Position numbers and translations under genes: made by a program. The notes below the pieces were generated by a model. The model was not told the DNA's origin. It searched no databases and saw nothing but the letters and a program-made list of their open reading frames with translations. A stretch of DNA of 64,000 nt from Paragordius varius (Eukaryota; Animalia; Nematomorpha): contig OZ176052.1 in the NCBI GenBank assembly GCA_964247055.1, forward strand, positions 13,578,001 through 13,642,000, given 5' to 3'. Of this stretch, positions 27,650 through 41,600 are shown piece after piece; within the stretch, counting starts at the first letter, position 1, and each line of letters begins with the position of its first letter.

Positions 27650-30600
27650 AAATAAATTTTTTAAATATTTAAAAAATTCATAAAAATTACATTTATAGTC
27701 CGATCTCGAAAATATTTGGGGTGATGATGGAACTACCATAGGGCTACTCAAAAAAAATTATGGTGACATCACCTGATCAAATTTGGATTTTAGGTAGCCA
27801 TTTTTATTTTTAAAATCGTATAAAATAAATTTTTTAAATATTTAAAAAATTCATAAAAATTACATTTATAGTCCGATCTCGACAATATTTGGGGTGATGA
27901 TGGAACTACCATAGAGCTACGCAAAAAAATTATGGCGACATCACCCGATCAAATTTGGATTTTAGGTAGCCATTTTTATTTTTAAAATCGTATAAAATAA
28001 TTTTTTAAATATTTAAAAAATTCATAAAAATTACATTTATACTCCGATCTCGAAAATATTTGGGGTGATGATGGAACTACCATAGGGCTACCCAAAAAAA
28101 ATTATGGTGACATCACCTGATCAAATTTGGATTTTAGGTAGCCATTTTTATTTTTAAAATCGTATAAAATAAATTTTTTAAATATTTAAAAAATTCAAAA
28201 AAATTACATTTAAAGTCCGATCTCAAAAATATTTGGGGTTATGATGGAACTACCATAGGGCTACCCAAAAAACATTATGGCGACATCACCTGATCAAATT
28301 TGGATTTTAGGTAGCCATTTTTATTTTTAAAATCGTATAAAATAAATTTTTTAAATATTTAAAAAATTCAAAAAAATAACATTTAAAGTCCGATCTCAAA
28401 AATATTTGGGGTTATGATGGAACTACCATAGGGCTACCCAAAAAAAATTATGGCGACATCACCTGATCAAATTTGGATTTTAGGTAGCCATTTTTATTTT
28501 TAAAATCGTATAAAATAAATTTTTTAAATATTTAAAAAATTCAAAAAAATTACATTTATACTCCGATCTCGACAATATTTGGGGTGATGATGGAACTACC
28601 ATATGGCTACCCAAAAAAAATTATGGTGACATCACCTGATCAAATTTGAATTTTAGGTAGCGCTTTTTATTTTTAAAATCGTATAAAATAAATTTTTTAA
28701 ATATTTAAAAAATTCATAAAAATTACATTTATACTCCGATCTCGAAAATATTTGGGGTGATGATGGAACTACCATAGGGCTACCCAAAAAAAATTATGGT
28801 GACATCACCTGATCAAATTTGGATTTTAGGTAGCCATTTTTATTTTTAAAATCGTATAAAATAAATTTTTTAAATATTAAAAAAATTCATAAAAAATACA
28901 TTTATAGTCCGATCCCCAAAGTATTTGGGGTGATGATGGAACTACCATAGGGCTACCCAAAAAAAATTATGGTGACATCACCTGATCAAATTTGGATTTT
29001 AGGTAGCCATTTTTATTTTTAAAATCGTATAAAATAATATTTTTAAATATTAAAAAAATTCATAAAAATTACATTTATAGTCCGATCTCGACAATATTTG
29101 GGGTGATGATGGAACTACCATAGAGCTACGCAGAAAAAATTATGGCGACATCACCTGATCAAATTTGGATTTTAGGTACCATTTTTATTTTTAAAATCGT
29201 ATAAAATAAATTTTTTAAATATTTAAAAAATTCATAAAAATTACATTTATACTCCGATCTCGAAAATATTTGGGGTGATGATGGAACTACCATAGGGCTA
29301 CCCAAAAAAAATTATGGTGACATCACCTGATCAAATTTGGATTTTAGGTAGCCATTTTTATTTTTAAAATCGTATAAAATAAATTTTTTAAATATTTAAA
29401 AAATTCAAAAAAATTACATTTAAAGTCCGATCTCAAAAATATTTGGGGTTATGATGGAACTACCATAGGGCTACCCAAAAAACATTATGGCGACATCACC
29501 TGATCAAATTTGGATTTTAGGTAGCCATTTTTATTTTTAAAATCGTATAAAACAAATTTTTTAAATATTTAAAAAATTCAAAAAAATAACATTTAAAGTC
29601 CGATCTCAAAAATATTTGGGGTTATGATGGAACTACCATAGGGCTACCCAAAAAAAATTATGGCGACATCACCTGATCGAATTTGGATTTTAGGTAGCCA
29701 TTTTTATTTTTAAAATCGTATAAAATAAATTTTTTAAATATTAAAAAAATTCATAAAAATTACATTTATAGTCCGATCCCCAAAGTATTTGGGGTGATGA
29801 TGGAACTACCATAGGGCTACCCAAAAAAAATTATGGTGACATCACCTGATCAAATTTGGATTTTAGGTAGCCATTTTTATTTTTAAAATCGTATAAAATA
29901 ATATTTTTAAATATTAAAAAAATTCATAAAAATTACATTTATAGTCCGATCCCCAAAGTATTTGGGGTGATGATGGAACTACCATAGGGCTACCCAAAAA
30001 AATTATAGTGACATCACCTGATCAAATTTGGATTTTAGGTAGCCATTTTTATTTTTAAAATCGTATAAAATAAATTTTTTAAATATTTAAAAAATTCATA
30101 AAAATTACATTTATACTCCGATCTCGACAATATTTGGGGTGATGATGGAACTACCATAGGGCTACCCAAAAAAAATTATAGTGACATCACCTGATCAAAT
30201 TTGGATTTTAGGTAGCCATTTTTATTTTTAAAATCGTATAAAATAAATTTTTTAAATATTTAAAAAATTCATAAAAATTACATTTATAGTCCGATCTCGA
30301 AAATATTTGGGGTGATGATGGAACTACCATAGGGCTACCCAAAAAAAATTATGGTGACATCACCTGATCAAATTTGGATTTTAGGTAGCCATTTTTATTT
30401 TTAAAATCGTATAAAATAAATTTTTTAAATATTTAAAAAATTCATAAAAATTACATTTATAGTCCGATCTCGACAATATTTGGGGTGATGATGGAACTAC
30501 CATAGAGCTACGCAAAAAAATTATGGCGACATCACCCGATCAAATTTGGATTTTAGGTAGCCATTTTTATTTTTAAAATCGTATAAAATAATTTTTTAAA

Positions 30601-33600
30601 TATTTAAAAAATTCATAAAAATTACATTTATACTCCGATCTCGAAAATATTTGGGGTGATGATGGAACTACCATAGGGCTACCCAAAAAAAATTATGGTG
30701 ACATCACCTGATCAAATTTGGATTTTAGGTAGCCATTTTTATTTTTAAAATCGTATAAAATAAATTTTTTAAATTTTTAAAAAATTCAAAAAAATTACAT
30801 TTAAAGTCCGATCTCAAAAATATTTGGGGTTATGATGGAACTACCATAGGGCTACCCAAAAAACATTATGGCGACATCACCTGATCAAATTTGGATTTTA
30901 GGTAGCCATTTTTATTTTTAAAATCGTATAAAATAAATTTTTTAAATATTTAAAAAATTCAAAAAAATAACATTTAAAGTCCGATCTCAAAAATATTTGG
31001 GGTTATGATGGAACTACCATAGGGCTACCCAAAAAAAATTATGGCGACATCACCTGATCAAATTTGGATTTTAGGTAGCCATTTTTATTTTTAAAATCGT
31101 ATAAAATAAATTTTTTAAATATTTAAAAAATTCAAAAAAATTACATTTATACTCCGATCTCGACAATATTTGGGGTGATGATGGAACTACCATATGGCTA
31201 CCCAAAAAAAATTATGGTGACATCACCTGATCAAATTTGAATTTTAGGTAGCGCTTTTTATTTTTAAAATCGTATAAAATAAATTTTTTAAATATTTAAA
31301 AAATTCATAAAAATTACATTTATACTCCGATCTCGAAAATATTTGGGGTGATGATGGAACTACCATAGGGCTACCCAAAAAAAATTATGGTGACATCACC
31401 TGATCAAATTTGGATTTTAGGTAGCCATTTTTATTTTTAAAATCGTATAAAATAAATTTTTTAAATATTAAAAAAATTCATAAAAAATACATTTATAGTC
31501 CGATCCCCAAAGTATTTGGGGTGATGATGGAACTACCATAGGGCTACCCAAAAAAAATTATGGTGACATCACCTGATCAAATTTGGATTTTAGGTAGCCA
31601 TTTTTATTTTTAAAATCGTATAAAATAATATTTTTAAATATTAAAAAAATTCATAAAAATTACATTTATAGTCCGATCTCGACAATATTTGGGGTGATGA
31701 TGGAACTACCATAGAGCTACGCAGAAAAAATTATGGCGACATCACCTGATCAAATTTGGATTTTAGGTAGCCATTTTTATTTTTAAAATCGTATAAAATA
31801 AATTTTTTAAATATTTAAAAAATTCATAAAAATTACATTTATACTCCGATCTCGAAAATATTTGGGGTGATGATGGAACTACCATAGGGCTACCCAAAAA
31901 AAATTATGGTGACATCACCTGATCAAATTTGGATTTTAGGTAGCCATTTTTATTTTTAAAATCGTATAAAATAAATTTTTTAAATATTTAAAAAATTCAA
32001 AAAAATTACATTTAAAGTCCGATCTCAAAAATATTTGGGGTTATGATGGAACTACCATAGGGCTACCCAAAAAACATTATGGCGACATCACCTGATCAAA
32101 TTTGGATTTTAGGTAGCCATTTTTATTTTTAAAATCGTATAAAATAAATTTTTTAAATATTTAAAAAATTCAAAAAAATAACATTTAAAGTCCGATCTCA
32201 AAAATATTTGGGGTTATGATGGAACTACCATAGGGCTACCCAAAAAAAATTATGGCGACATCACCTGATCAAATTTAGATTTTAGGTAGCCATTTTTATT
32301 TTTAAAATCGTATAAAATAAATTTTTTAAATATTTAAAAAATTCAAAAAAATTACATTTATACTCCGATCTCGACAATATTTGGGGTGATGATGGAACTA
32401 CCATAGGGCTACCCAAAAAAAATTATGGTGACATCACCTGATCAAATTTGAATTTTAGGTAGCGCTTTTTATTTTTAAAATCGTATAAAATAAATTTTTT
32501 AAATATTTAAAAAATTCATAAAAATTACATTTATACTCCGATCTCGAAAATATTTGGGGTGATGATGGAACTACCATAGGGCTACCCAAAAAAAATTATG
32601 GTGACATCACCTGATCAAATTTGGATTTTAGGTAGCCATTTTTATTTTTAAAATCGTATAAAATAAATTTTTTAAATATTAAAAAAATTCATAAAAATTA
32701 CATTTATAGTCCGATCCCCAAAGTATTTGGGGTGATGATGGAACTCCCATAGGGCTACCCAAAAAAAATATGGTGACATCACCTGATCAAATTTGGATTT
32801 TAGGTAGCCATTTTTATTTTTAAAATCGTATAAAATAATATTTTTAAATATTAAAAAAATTCAAAAAAATTACATTTAAAATCCGATCTCAAAAATATTT
32901 GGGGTTATGATGGAACTACCATAGGGCTACCCAAAAAACATTATGGCGACATCACCTGATCAAATTTGGATTTTAGGTAGCCATTTTTATTTTTAAAATC
33001 GTATAAAATAAATTTTTTAAATATTTAAAAAATTCATAAAAATTACATTTATAGTCCGATCTCGACAATATTTGGGGTGATGATGGAACTACCATAGAGC
33101 TACGCAGAAAAAATTATGGCGACATCACCTGATCAAATTTGGATTTTAGGTAGCCATTTTTATTTTTAAAATCGTATAAAATAAATTTTTTAAATATTTA
33201 AAAAATTCATAAAAATTACATTTATACTCCGATCTCGAAAATATTTGGGGTGATGATGGAACTACCATAGGGCTACCCAAAAAAAATTATGGTGACATCA
33301 CCTGATCAAATTTGGATTTTAGGTAGCCATTTTTATTTTTAAAATCGTATAAAATAAATTTTTTAAATATTTAAAAAATTCAAAAAAATTACATTTAAAG
33401 TCCGATCTCAAAAATATTTGGGGTTATGATGGAACTACCATAGGGCTACCCAAAAAACATTATGGCGACATCACCTGATCAAATTTGGATTTTAGGTAGC
33501 CATTTTTATTTTTAAAATCGTATAAAATAAATTTTTTAAATATTTAAAAAATTCAAAAAAATAACATTTAAAGTCCGATCTCAAAAATATTTGGGGTTAT

Positions 33601-33700
33601 GATGGAACTACCATAGGGCTACCCAAAAAAAATTATGGCGACATCACCTGATCAAATTTGGATTTTAGGTAGCCATTTTTATTTTTAAAATCGTATAAAA
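27650..33700. repeat. Subfamily domain with 7-monomer (~1211 bp) and 15-monomer (2591 bp) repeats
   Basis: TCACCCGATC (27941/30532) and ATATGGC (28601/31192) at +2591. TAAAGTCCGATCTCAAAA at 28211, 29421, 30802, 32013 and 33396. TAGCGC at 28660, 31251 and 32462. Confidence 0.85.
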
Positions 33701-35819
33701 TAAATTTTTTAAATATTTAAAAAATTCAAAAAAATTACATTTATACTCCGATCTCGACAATATTTGGGGTGATGATGGAACTACCATAGGGCTACCCAAA
33801 AAAAATTATGGTGACATCACCTGATCAAATTTGGATTTTAGGTAGCCATTTTTATTTTTAAAATCGTATAAAATAAATTTTTTAAATATTAAAAAAATTC
33901 ATAAAAATTACATTTGTAGTCCGATCCCCAAAGTATTTGGGGTGATGATGGAACTACCATAGGGCTACCCAAAAAAAATTATGGTGACATCACCTGATCA
34001 AATTTGGATTTTAGGTAGCCATTTTTATTTTTAAAATCGTATAAAATAATATTTTTAAATATTAAAAAAATTCATAAAAATTACATTTATAGTCCGATCC
34101 CCAAAGTATTTGGGGTGATGATGGAACTACCATAGGGCTACCCAAAAAAATTATAGTGACATCACCTGATCAAATTTGGATTTTAGGTAGCCATTTTTAT
34201 TTTTAAAATCGTATAAAATAAATTTTTTAAATATTTAAAAAATTCATAAAAATTACATTTATAGTCCGATCCCCAAAATATTTGGGGTGATGATGGAACA
34301 ACCATAGGGCTACGCAAAAAAAATTATGGCGACATCACCTGATCAAATTTGGATTTTAGGTAGCCATTTTTATTTTTTAAATCGTATAAAATAAATTTTT
34401 TAAATATTTAAAAAATTCATAAAAATTACATTTATACTCCGATCTCGACAATATTTGGGGTGATGATGAAACTACCATAGGGCTACCCAAAAAAAATTAT
34501 AGTGACATCACCTGATCAAATTTGGATTTTAGGTAGCCATTTTTATTTTTAAAATCGTATAAAATAAATTTTTTAAATATTTAAAAAATTCATAAAAATT
34601 ACATTTATAGTCCGATCCCCAAAATATTTGGGGTGATGATGGAATTACCATAGGGCTACCCAAAAAAAATTATGGTGACATCACCTGATCAAATTTGGGT
34701 TTTAGGTAGCCATTTTTATTTTTATCGTATAAAATAAATTTTTTAAATATTTAAAAAATTCATAAAAATTACATTTATACTCCGATCTCGACAATATTTG
34801 GGGTGATGATGGAACTACCATAGGGCTACCCAAAAAAAATTATAGTGACATCACCTGATCAAATTTGGATTTTAGGTAGCCATTTTTATTTTTAAAATCG
34901 TATAAAATAAATTTTTTAAATATTTAAAAAATTCATAAAAATTACATTTATACTCCGATCTCGACAATATTTGGGGTGATGATGGAACTACCATAGGGCT
35001 ACCCAAAAAAAATTATAGTGACATCACCTGATAAAATTTGGATTTTAGGTAGCCATTTTTATTTTTAAAATCGTATAAAATAAATTTTTTAAATATTTAA
35101 AAAATTCATAAAAATTACATTTATAGTCCGATCTCGACAATATTTGGGGTGATGATGGAATTACCATAGGGCTACCCAAAAAAAATTATGGTGACATCAC
35201 CTGATCAAATTTGGATTTTAGGTAGCCATTTTTATTTTTAAAATCGTATAAAATAAATTTTTTAAATATTTAAAAAATTCATAAAAATTACATTTATACT
35301 CCGATCTCGAAAATATTTGGGGTGATGATGGAACTACCATAGGGCTACCCAAAAAAAATTATAGTGACATCACCTGATCAAATTTGGATTTTAGGTAACC
35401 ATTTTTATTTTTAATATCGTATAAAATAAATTTTTTAAATATTTAAAAAATTCATAAAAATTACATTTATAGTCCGATCCCCAAAATATTTGGGGTGATG
35501 ATGGAACTACCAAAGGGCTACCCAAAAAAAATTATAGTGACATCACCTGATCAAATTTGGATTTTAGGTAGCCATTTTTATTTTTAAAATCGTATAAAAT
35601 AAATTTTTTAAATATTTAAAAAATTCATAAAAATTACATTTATAGTCCGATCTCGACAATATTTGGGGTGATGATGGAATTACCATAGGGCTACCCAAAA
35701 AAAATTATGGTGACATCACCTGATCAAATTTGGTCTTTAGGTAGCCATTTTTATTTTTAAAATCGTATAAAATAAATTTTTTAAATATTTAAAAAATTCA
35801 TAAAAATTACATTTATACT

Positions 35820-38800
35820 CCGATCTCGACAATATTTGGGGTGATGATGGAACTACCATAGGGCTACCCAAAAAAAATTATAGTGACATCACCTGATAAA
35901 ATTTGGATTTTAGGTAGCCATTTTTATTTTTAAAATCGTATAAAATAAATTTTTTAAATATTTAAAAAATTCATAAAAATTACATTTATACTCCGATCTC
36001 GACAATATTTGGGGTGATGATGGAACTACCATAGGGCTACCCAAAAAAAATTATAGTGACATCACCTGATAAAATTTGGATTTTAGGTAGCCATTTTTAT
36101 TTTTAAAATCGTATAAAATATTTTTTAAATATTTAAAAAATTCATAAAAATTACATTTATAGTCCGATCTCGACAATATTTGGGGTGATGATGGAACTAC
36201 CATAGAGCTACGCAGAAAAAATTATGGCGACATCACCTGATCAAATTTGGATTTTAGGTAGCCATTTTTATTTTTAAAATCGTATAAAATATTTTTTAAA
36301 TATTTAAAAAATTCATAAAAATTACATTTATAGTCCGATCCCCAAAATATTTGGGGTGATGATGGAACTACCATAGGGCTACCCAAAAAAAATTATAGTG
36401 ACATCACCTGATCAAATTTGGATTTTAGGTAACCATTTTTATTTTTAATATCGTATAAAATAAATTTTTTAAATATTTAAAAAATTCATAAAAATTACAT
36501 TTATAGTCCGATCCCCAAAATATTTGGGGTGATGATGGAACTACCATAGGGCTACCCAAAAAAAATTATAGTGACATCACCTGATCAAATTTGGATTTTA
36601 GGTAGCCATTTTTATTTTTAAAATCGTATAAAATAAATTTTTTAAATATTTAAAAAATTTATAAAAATTACATTTATAGTCCGATCTCGACAATATTTGG
36701 GGTGATGATGGAATTACCATAGGGCTACCCAAAAAAAATTATGGTGACATCACCTGATCAAATTTGGATTTTAGGTAGCCATTTTTATTTTTAAAATCGT
36801 ATAAAATAAATTTTTTAAATTTTTAAAAAATTCATAAAAATTACATTTATACTCCGATCTCGACAATATTTGGGGTGATGATGGAACTACCATAGGGCTA
36901 CCCAAAAAAAATTATAGTGACATCACCTGATCAAATTTGGATTTTAGGTAGCCATTTTTATTTTTAAAATCGTATAAAATAAATTTTTTAAATATTTAAA
37001 AAATTCATAAAAATTACATTTATAGTCCGATCCCCAAAATATTTGGGGTGATGATGGAACTACCATAGGGCTACCCAAAAAAAATTATAGTGACATCACC
37101 TGATAAAATTTGGATTTTAGGTAGCCATTTTTATTTTTAAAATCGTATAAAATAAATTTTTTAAATATTTAAAAAATTCATAAAAATTACATTTATACTC
37201 CGATCTCGAAAATATTTGGGGTGATGATGGAACTACCATAGGGCTACCCAAAAAAAATTATAGTGACATCACCTGATCAAATTTGGATTTTAGGTAACCA
37301 TTTTTATTTTTAATATCGTATAAAATAAATTTTTTAAATATTTAAAAAATTCATAAAAATTACATTTATAGTCCGATCCCCAAAATATTTGGGGTGATGA
37401 TGGAACTACCATAGGGCTACCCAAAAAAAATTATAGTGACATCACCTGATCAAATTTGGATTTTAGGTAGCCATTTTTATTTTTAAAATCGTATAAAATA
37501 AATTTTTTAAATATTTAAAAAATTTATAAAAATTACATTTATAGTCCGATCTCGACAATATTTGGGGTGATGATGGAATTACCATAGGGCTACCCAAAAA
37601 AAATTATGGTGACATCACCTGATCAAATTTGGATTTTAGGTAGCCATTTTTATTTTTAAAATCGTATAAAATAAATTTTTTAAATTTTTAAAAAATTCAT
37701 AAAAATTACATTTATACTCCGATCTCGACAATATTTGGGGTGATGATGGAACTACCATAGGGCTACCCAAAAAAAATTATAGTGACATCACCTGATCAAA
37801 TTTGGATTTTAGGTAGCCATTTTTATTTTTAAAATCGTATAAAATAAATTTTTTAAATATTTAAAAAATTCATAAAAATTACATTTATACTCCGATCTCG
37901 AAAATATTTGGGGTGATGATGGAACTACCATAGGGCTACCCAAAAAAAATTATAGTGACATCACCTGATCAAATTTGGATTTTAGGTAGCCATTTTTATT
38001 TTTAAAATCGTATAAAATAAATTTTTTAAATATTTAAAAAATTCATACAAATTACATTTATAGTCCGATCCCCAAAATATTTGGGGTGATGATGGAATTA
38101 CCATAGGGCTACCCAAAAAAAATTATGGTGACATCACCTGATCAAATTTGGATTTTAGGTAGCCATTTTTATTTTTATCGTATAAAATAAATTTTTTAAA
38201 TATTTAAAAAATTCATAAAAATTACATTTATACTCCGATCTCGACAATATTTGGGGTGATGATGGAACTACCATAGGGCTACCCAAAAAAAATTATAGTG
38301 ACATCACCTGATCAAATTTGGATTTTAGGTAGCCATTTTTATTTTTAAAATCGTATAAAATAAATTTTTTAAATATTTAAAAAATTCATAAAAATTACAT
38401 TTATACTCCGATCTCGACAATATTTGGGGTGATGATGGAACTACCATAGGGCTACCCAAAAAAAATTATAGTGACATCACCTGATAAAATTTGGATTTTA
38501 GGTAGCCATTTTTATTTTTAAAATCGTATAAAATAAATTTTTTAAATATTTAAAAAATTCATAAAAATTACATTTATACTCCGATCTCGACAATATTTGG
38601 GGTGATGATGGAACTACCATAGGGCTACCCAAAAAAAATTATAGTGACATCACCTGATAAAATTTGGATTTTAGGTAGCCATTTTTATTTTTAAAATCGT
38701 ATAAAATATTTTTTAAATATTTAAAAAATTCATAAAAATTACATTTATAGTCCGATCTCGACAATATTTGGGGTGATGATGGAACTACCATAGAGCTACG

Positions 38801-41600
38801 CAGAAAAAATTATGGCGACATCACCTGATCAAATTTGGATTTTAGGTAGCCATTTTTATTTTTAAAATCGTATAAAATAAATTTTTTAAATATTTAAAAA
38901 ATTCATAAAAATTACATTTATACTCCGATCTCGAAAATATTTGGGGTGATGATGGAACTACCATAGGGCTACGCAAAAAAAATTATGGTGACATCACCTG
39001 ATCAAATTTGGATTTTAGGTAGCCATTTTTATTTTTAAAATCGTATAAAATAAATTTTTTAAATATTTAAAAAATTCATAAAAATTACATTTATACTCCG
39101 ATCTCGACAATATTTGGGGTGATGATGGAACTACCATAGGGCTACCCAAAAAAAATTATAATGACATCACCTGATCAAATTTGGATTTTAGGTAGCTATT
39201 TTTATTTTTAAAATCGTACAAAATAAATTTTTTAAATATTTAAAAAATTCATAAAAATTACATTTATACTCCGATCTCGACAATATTTGGGGTGATGATG
39301 GAACTACCATAGGGCTACCCAAAAAAAATTATAGTGACATCACCTGATAAAATTTGGATTTTAGGTAGCCATTTTTATTTTTAAAATCGTATAAAATAAA
39401 TTTTTTAAATATTTAAAAAATTCATAAAAATTACATTTATAGTCCGATCTCGACAATATTTGGGGTGATGATGGAATTACCATAGGGCTACCCAAAAAAA
39501 ATTATGGTGACATCACCTGATCAAATTTGGATTTTAGGTAGCCATTTTTATTTTTAAAATCGTATAAAATAAATTTTTTAAATATTTAAAAAATTCATAA
39601 AAATTACATTTATACTCCGATCTCGAAAATATTTGGGGTGATGATGGAACTACCATAGGGCTACCCAAAAAAAATTATAGTGACATCACCTGATCAAATT
39701 TGGATTTTAGGTAACCATTTTTATTTTTAATATCGTATAAAATAAATTTTTTAAATATTTAAAAAATTCATAAAAATTACATTTATAGTCCGATCCCCAA
39801 AATATTTGGGGTGATGATGGAACTACCATAGGGCTACCCAAAAAAAATTATAGTGACATCACCTGATCAAATTTGGATTTTAGGTAGCCATTTTTATTTT
39901 TAAAATCGTATAAAATAAATTTTTTAAATATTTAAAAAATTTATAAAAATTACATTTATAGTCCGATCTCGACAATATTTGGGGTGATGATGGAATTACC
40001 ATAGGGCTACCCAAAAAAAATTATGGTGACATCACCTGATCAAATTTGGATTTTAGGTAGCCATTTTTATTTTTAAAATCGTATAAAATAAATTTTTTAA
40101 ATTTTTAAAAAATTCATAAAAATTACATTTATACTCCGATCTCGACAATATTTGGGGTGATGATGGAACTACCATAGGGCTACCCAAAAAAAATTATAGT
40201 GACATCACCTGATAAAATTTGGATTTTAGGTAGCCATTTTTATTTTTAAAATCGTATAAAATAAATTTTTTAAATATTTAAACAATTCATAAAAATTACA
40301 TTTATAGTCCGATCTCGACAATATTTGGGGTGATGATGGAATTACCATAGGGCTACCCAACAAAAATTATGGTGACATCACCTGATCAAATTTGGATTTT
40401 AGGTAGCCATTTTTATTTTTAAAATCGTATAAAATAAATTTTTTAAATATTTAAAAAATTCATAAAAATTACATTTATACTCCGATCTCGAAAATATTTG
40501 GGGTGATGATGGAACTACCATAGGGCTACCCAAAAAAAATTATAGTGACATCACCTGATCAAATTTGGATTTTAGGTAGCCATTTTTATTTTTAAAATCG
40601 TATAAAATAAATTTTTTAAATATTTAAAAAATTCATAAAAATTACATTTATAGTCCGATCCCCAAAATATTTGGGGTGATGATGGAATTACCATAGGGCT
40701 ACCCAAAAAAAATTATGGTGACATCACCTGATCAAATTTGGATTTTAGGTAGCCATTTTTATTTTTATCGTATAAAATAAATTTTTTAAATATTTAAAAA
40801 ATTCATAAAAATTACATTTATACTCCGATCTCGACAATATTTGGGGTGATGATGGAACTACCATAGGGCTACCCAAAAAAAATTATAGTGACATCACCTG
40901 ATCAAATTTGGATTTTAGGTAGCCATTTTTATTTTTAAAATCGTATAAAATAAATTTTTTAAATATTTAAAAAATTCATAAAAATTACATTTATACTCCG
41001 ATCTCGACAATATTTGGGGTGATGATGGAACTACCATAGGGCTACCCAAAAAAAATTATAGTGACATCACCTGATAAAATTTGGATTTTAGGTAGCCATT
41101 TTTATTTTTAAAATCGTATAAAATAAATTTTTTAAATATTTAAAAAATTCATAAAAATTACATTTATACTCCGATCTCGACAATATTTGGGGTGATGATG
41201 GAACTACCATAGGGCTACCCAAAAAAAATTATAGTGACATCACCTGATAAAATTTGGATTTTAGGTAGCCATTTTTATTTTTAAAATCGTATAAAATATT
41301 TTTTAAATATTTAAAAAATTCATAAAAATTACATTTATAGTCCGATCTCGACAATATTTGGGGTGATGATGGAACTACCATAGAGCTACGCAGAAAAAAT
41401 TATGGCGACATCACCTGATCAAATTTGGATTTTAGGTAGCCATTTTTATTTTTAAAATCGTATAAAATAAATTTTTTAAATATTTAAAAAATTCATAAAA
41501 ATTACATTTATACTCCGATCTCGAAAATATTTGGGGTGATGATGGAACTACCATAGGGCTACCCAAAAAAAATTATGGTGACATCACCTGATCAAATTTG
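35820..41600. repeat. Partially repeated 15-monomer periodicity (2588-2590 bp)
   Basis: ATAAAATATTTTTT (2-bp deletion) at 36113/38701/41291; CGCAGAAA at 36215/38803/41393; TTTTTATCG at 38171/40761. Confidence 0.82.
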
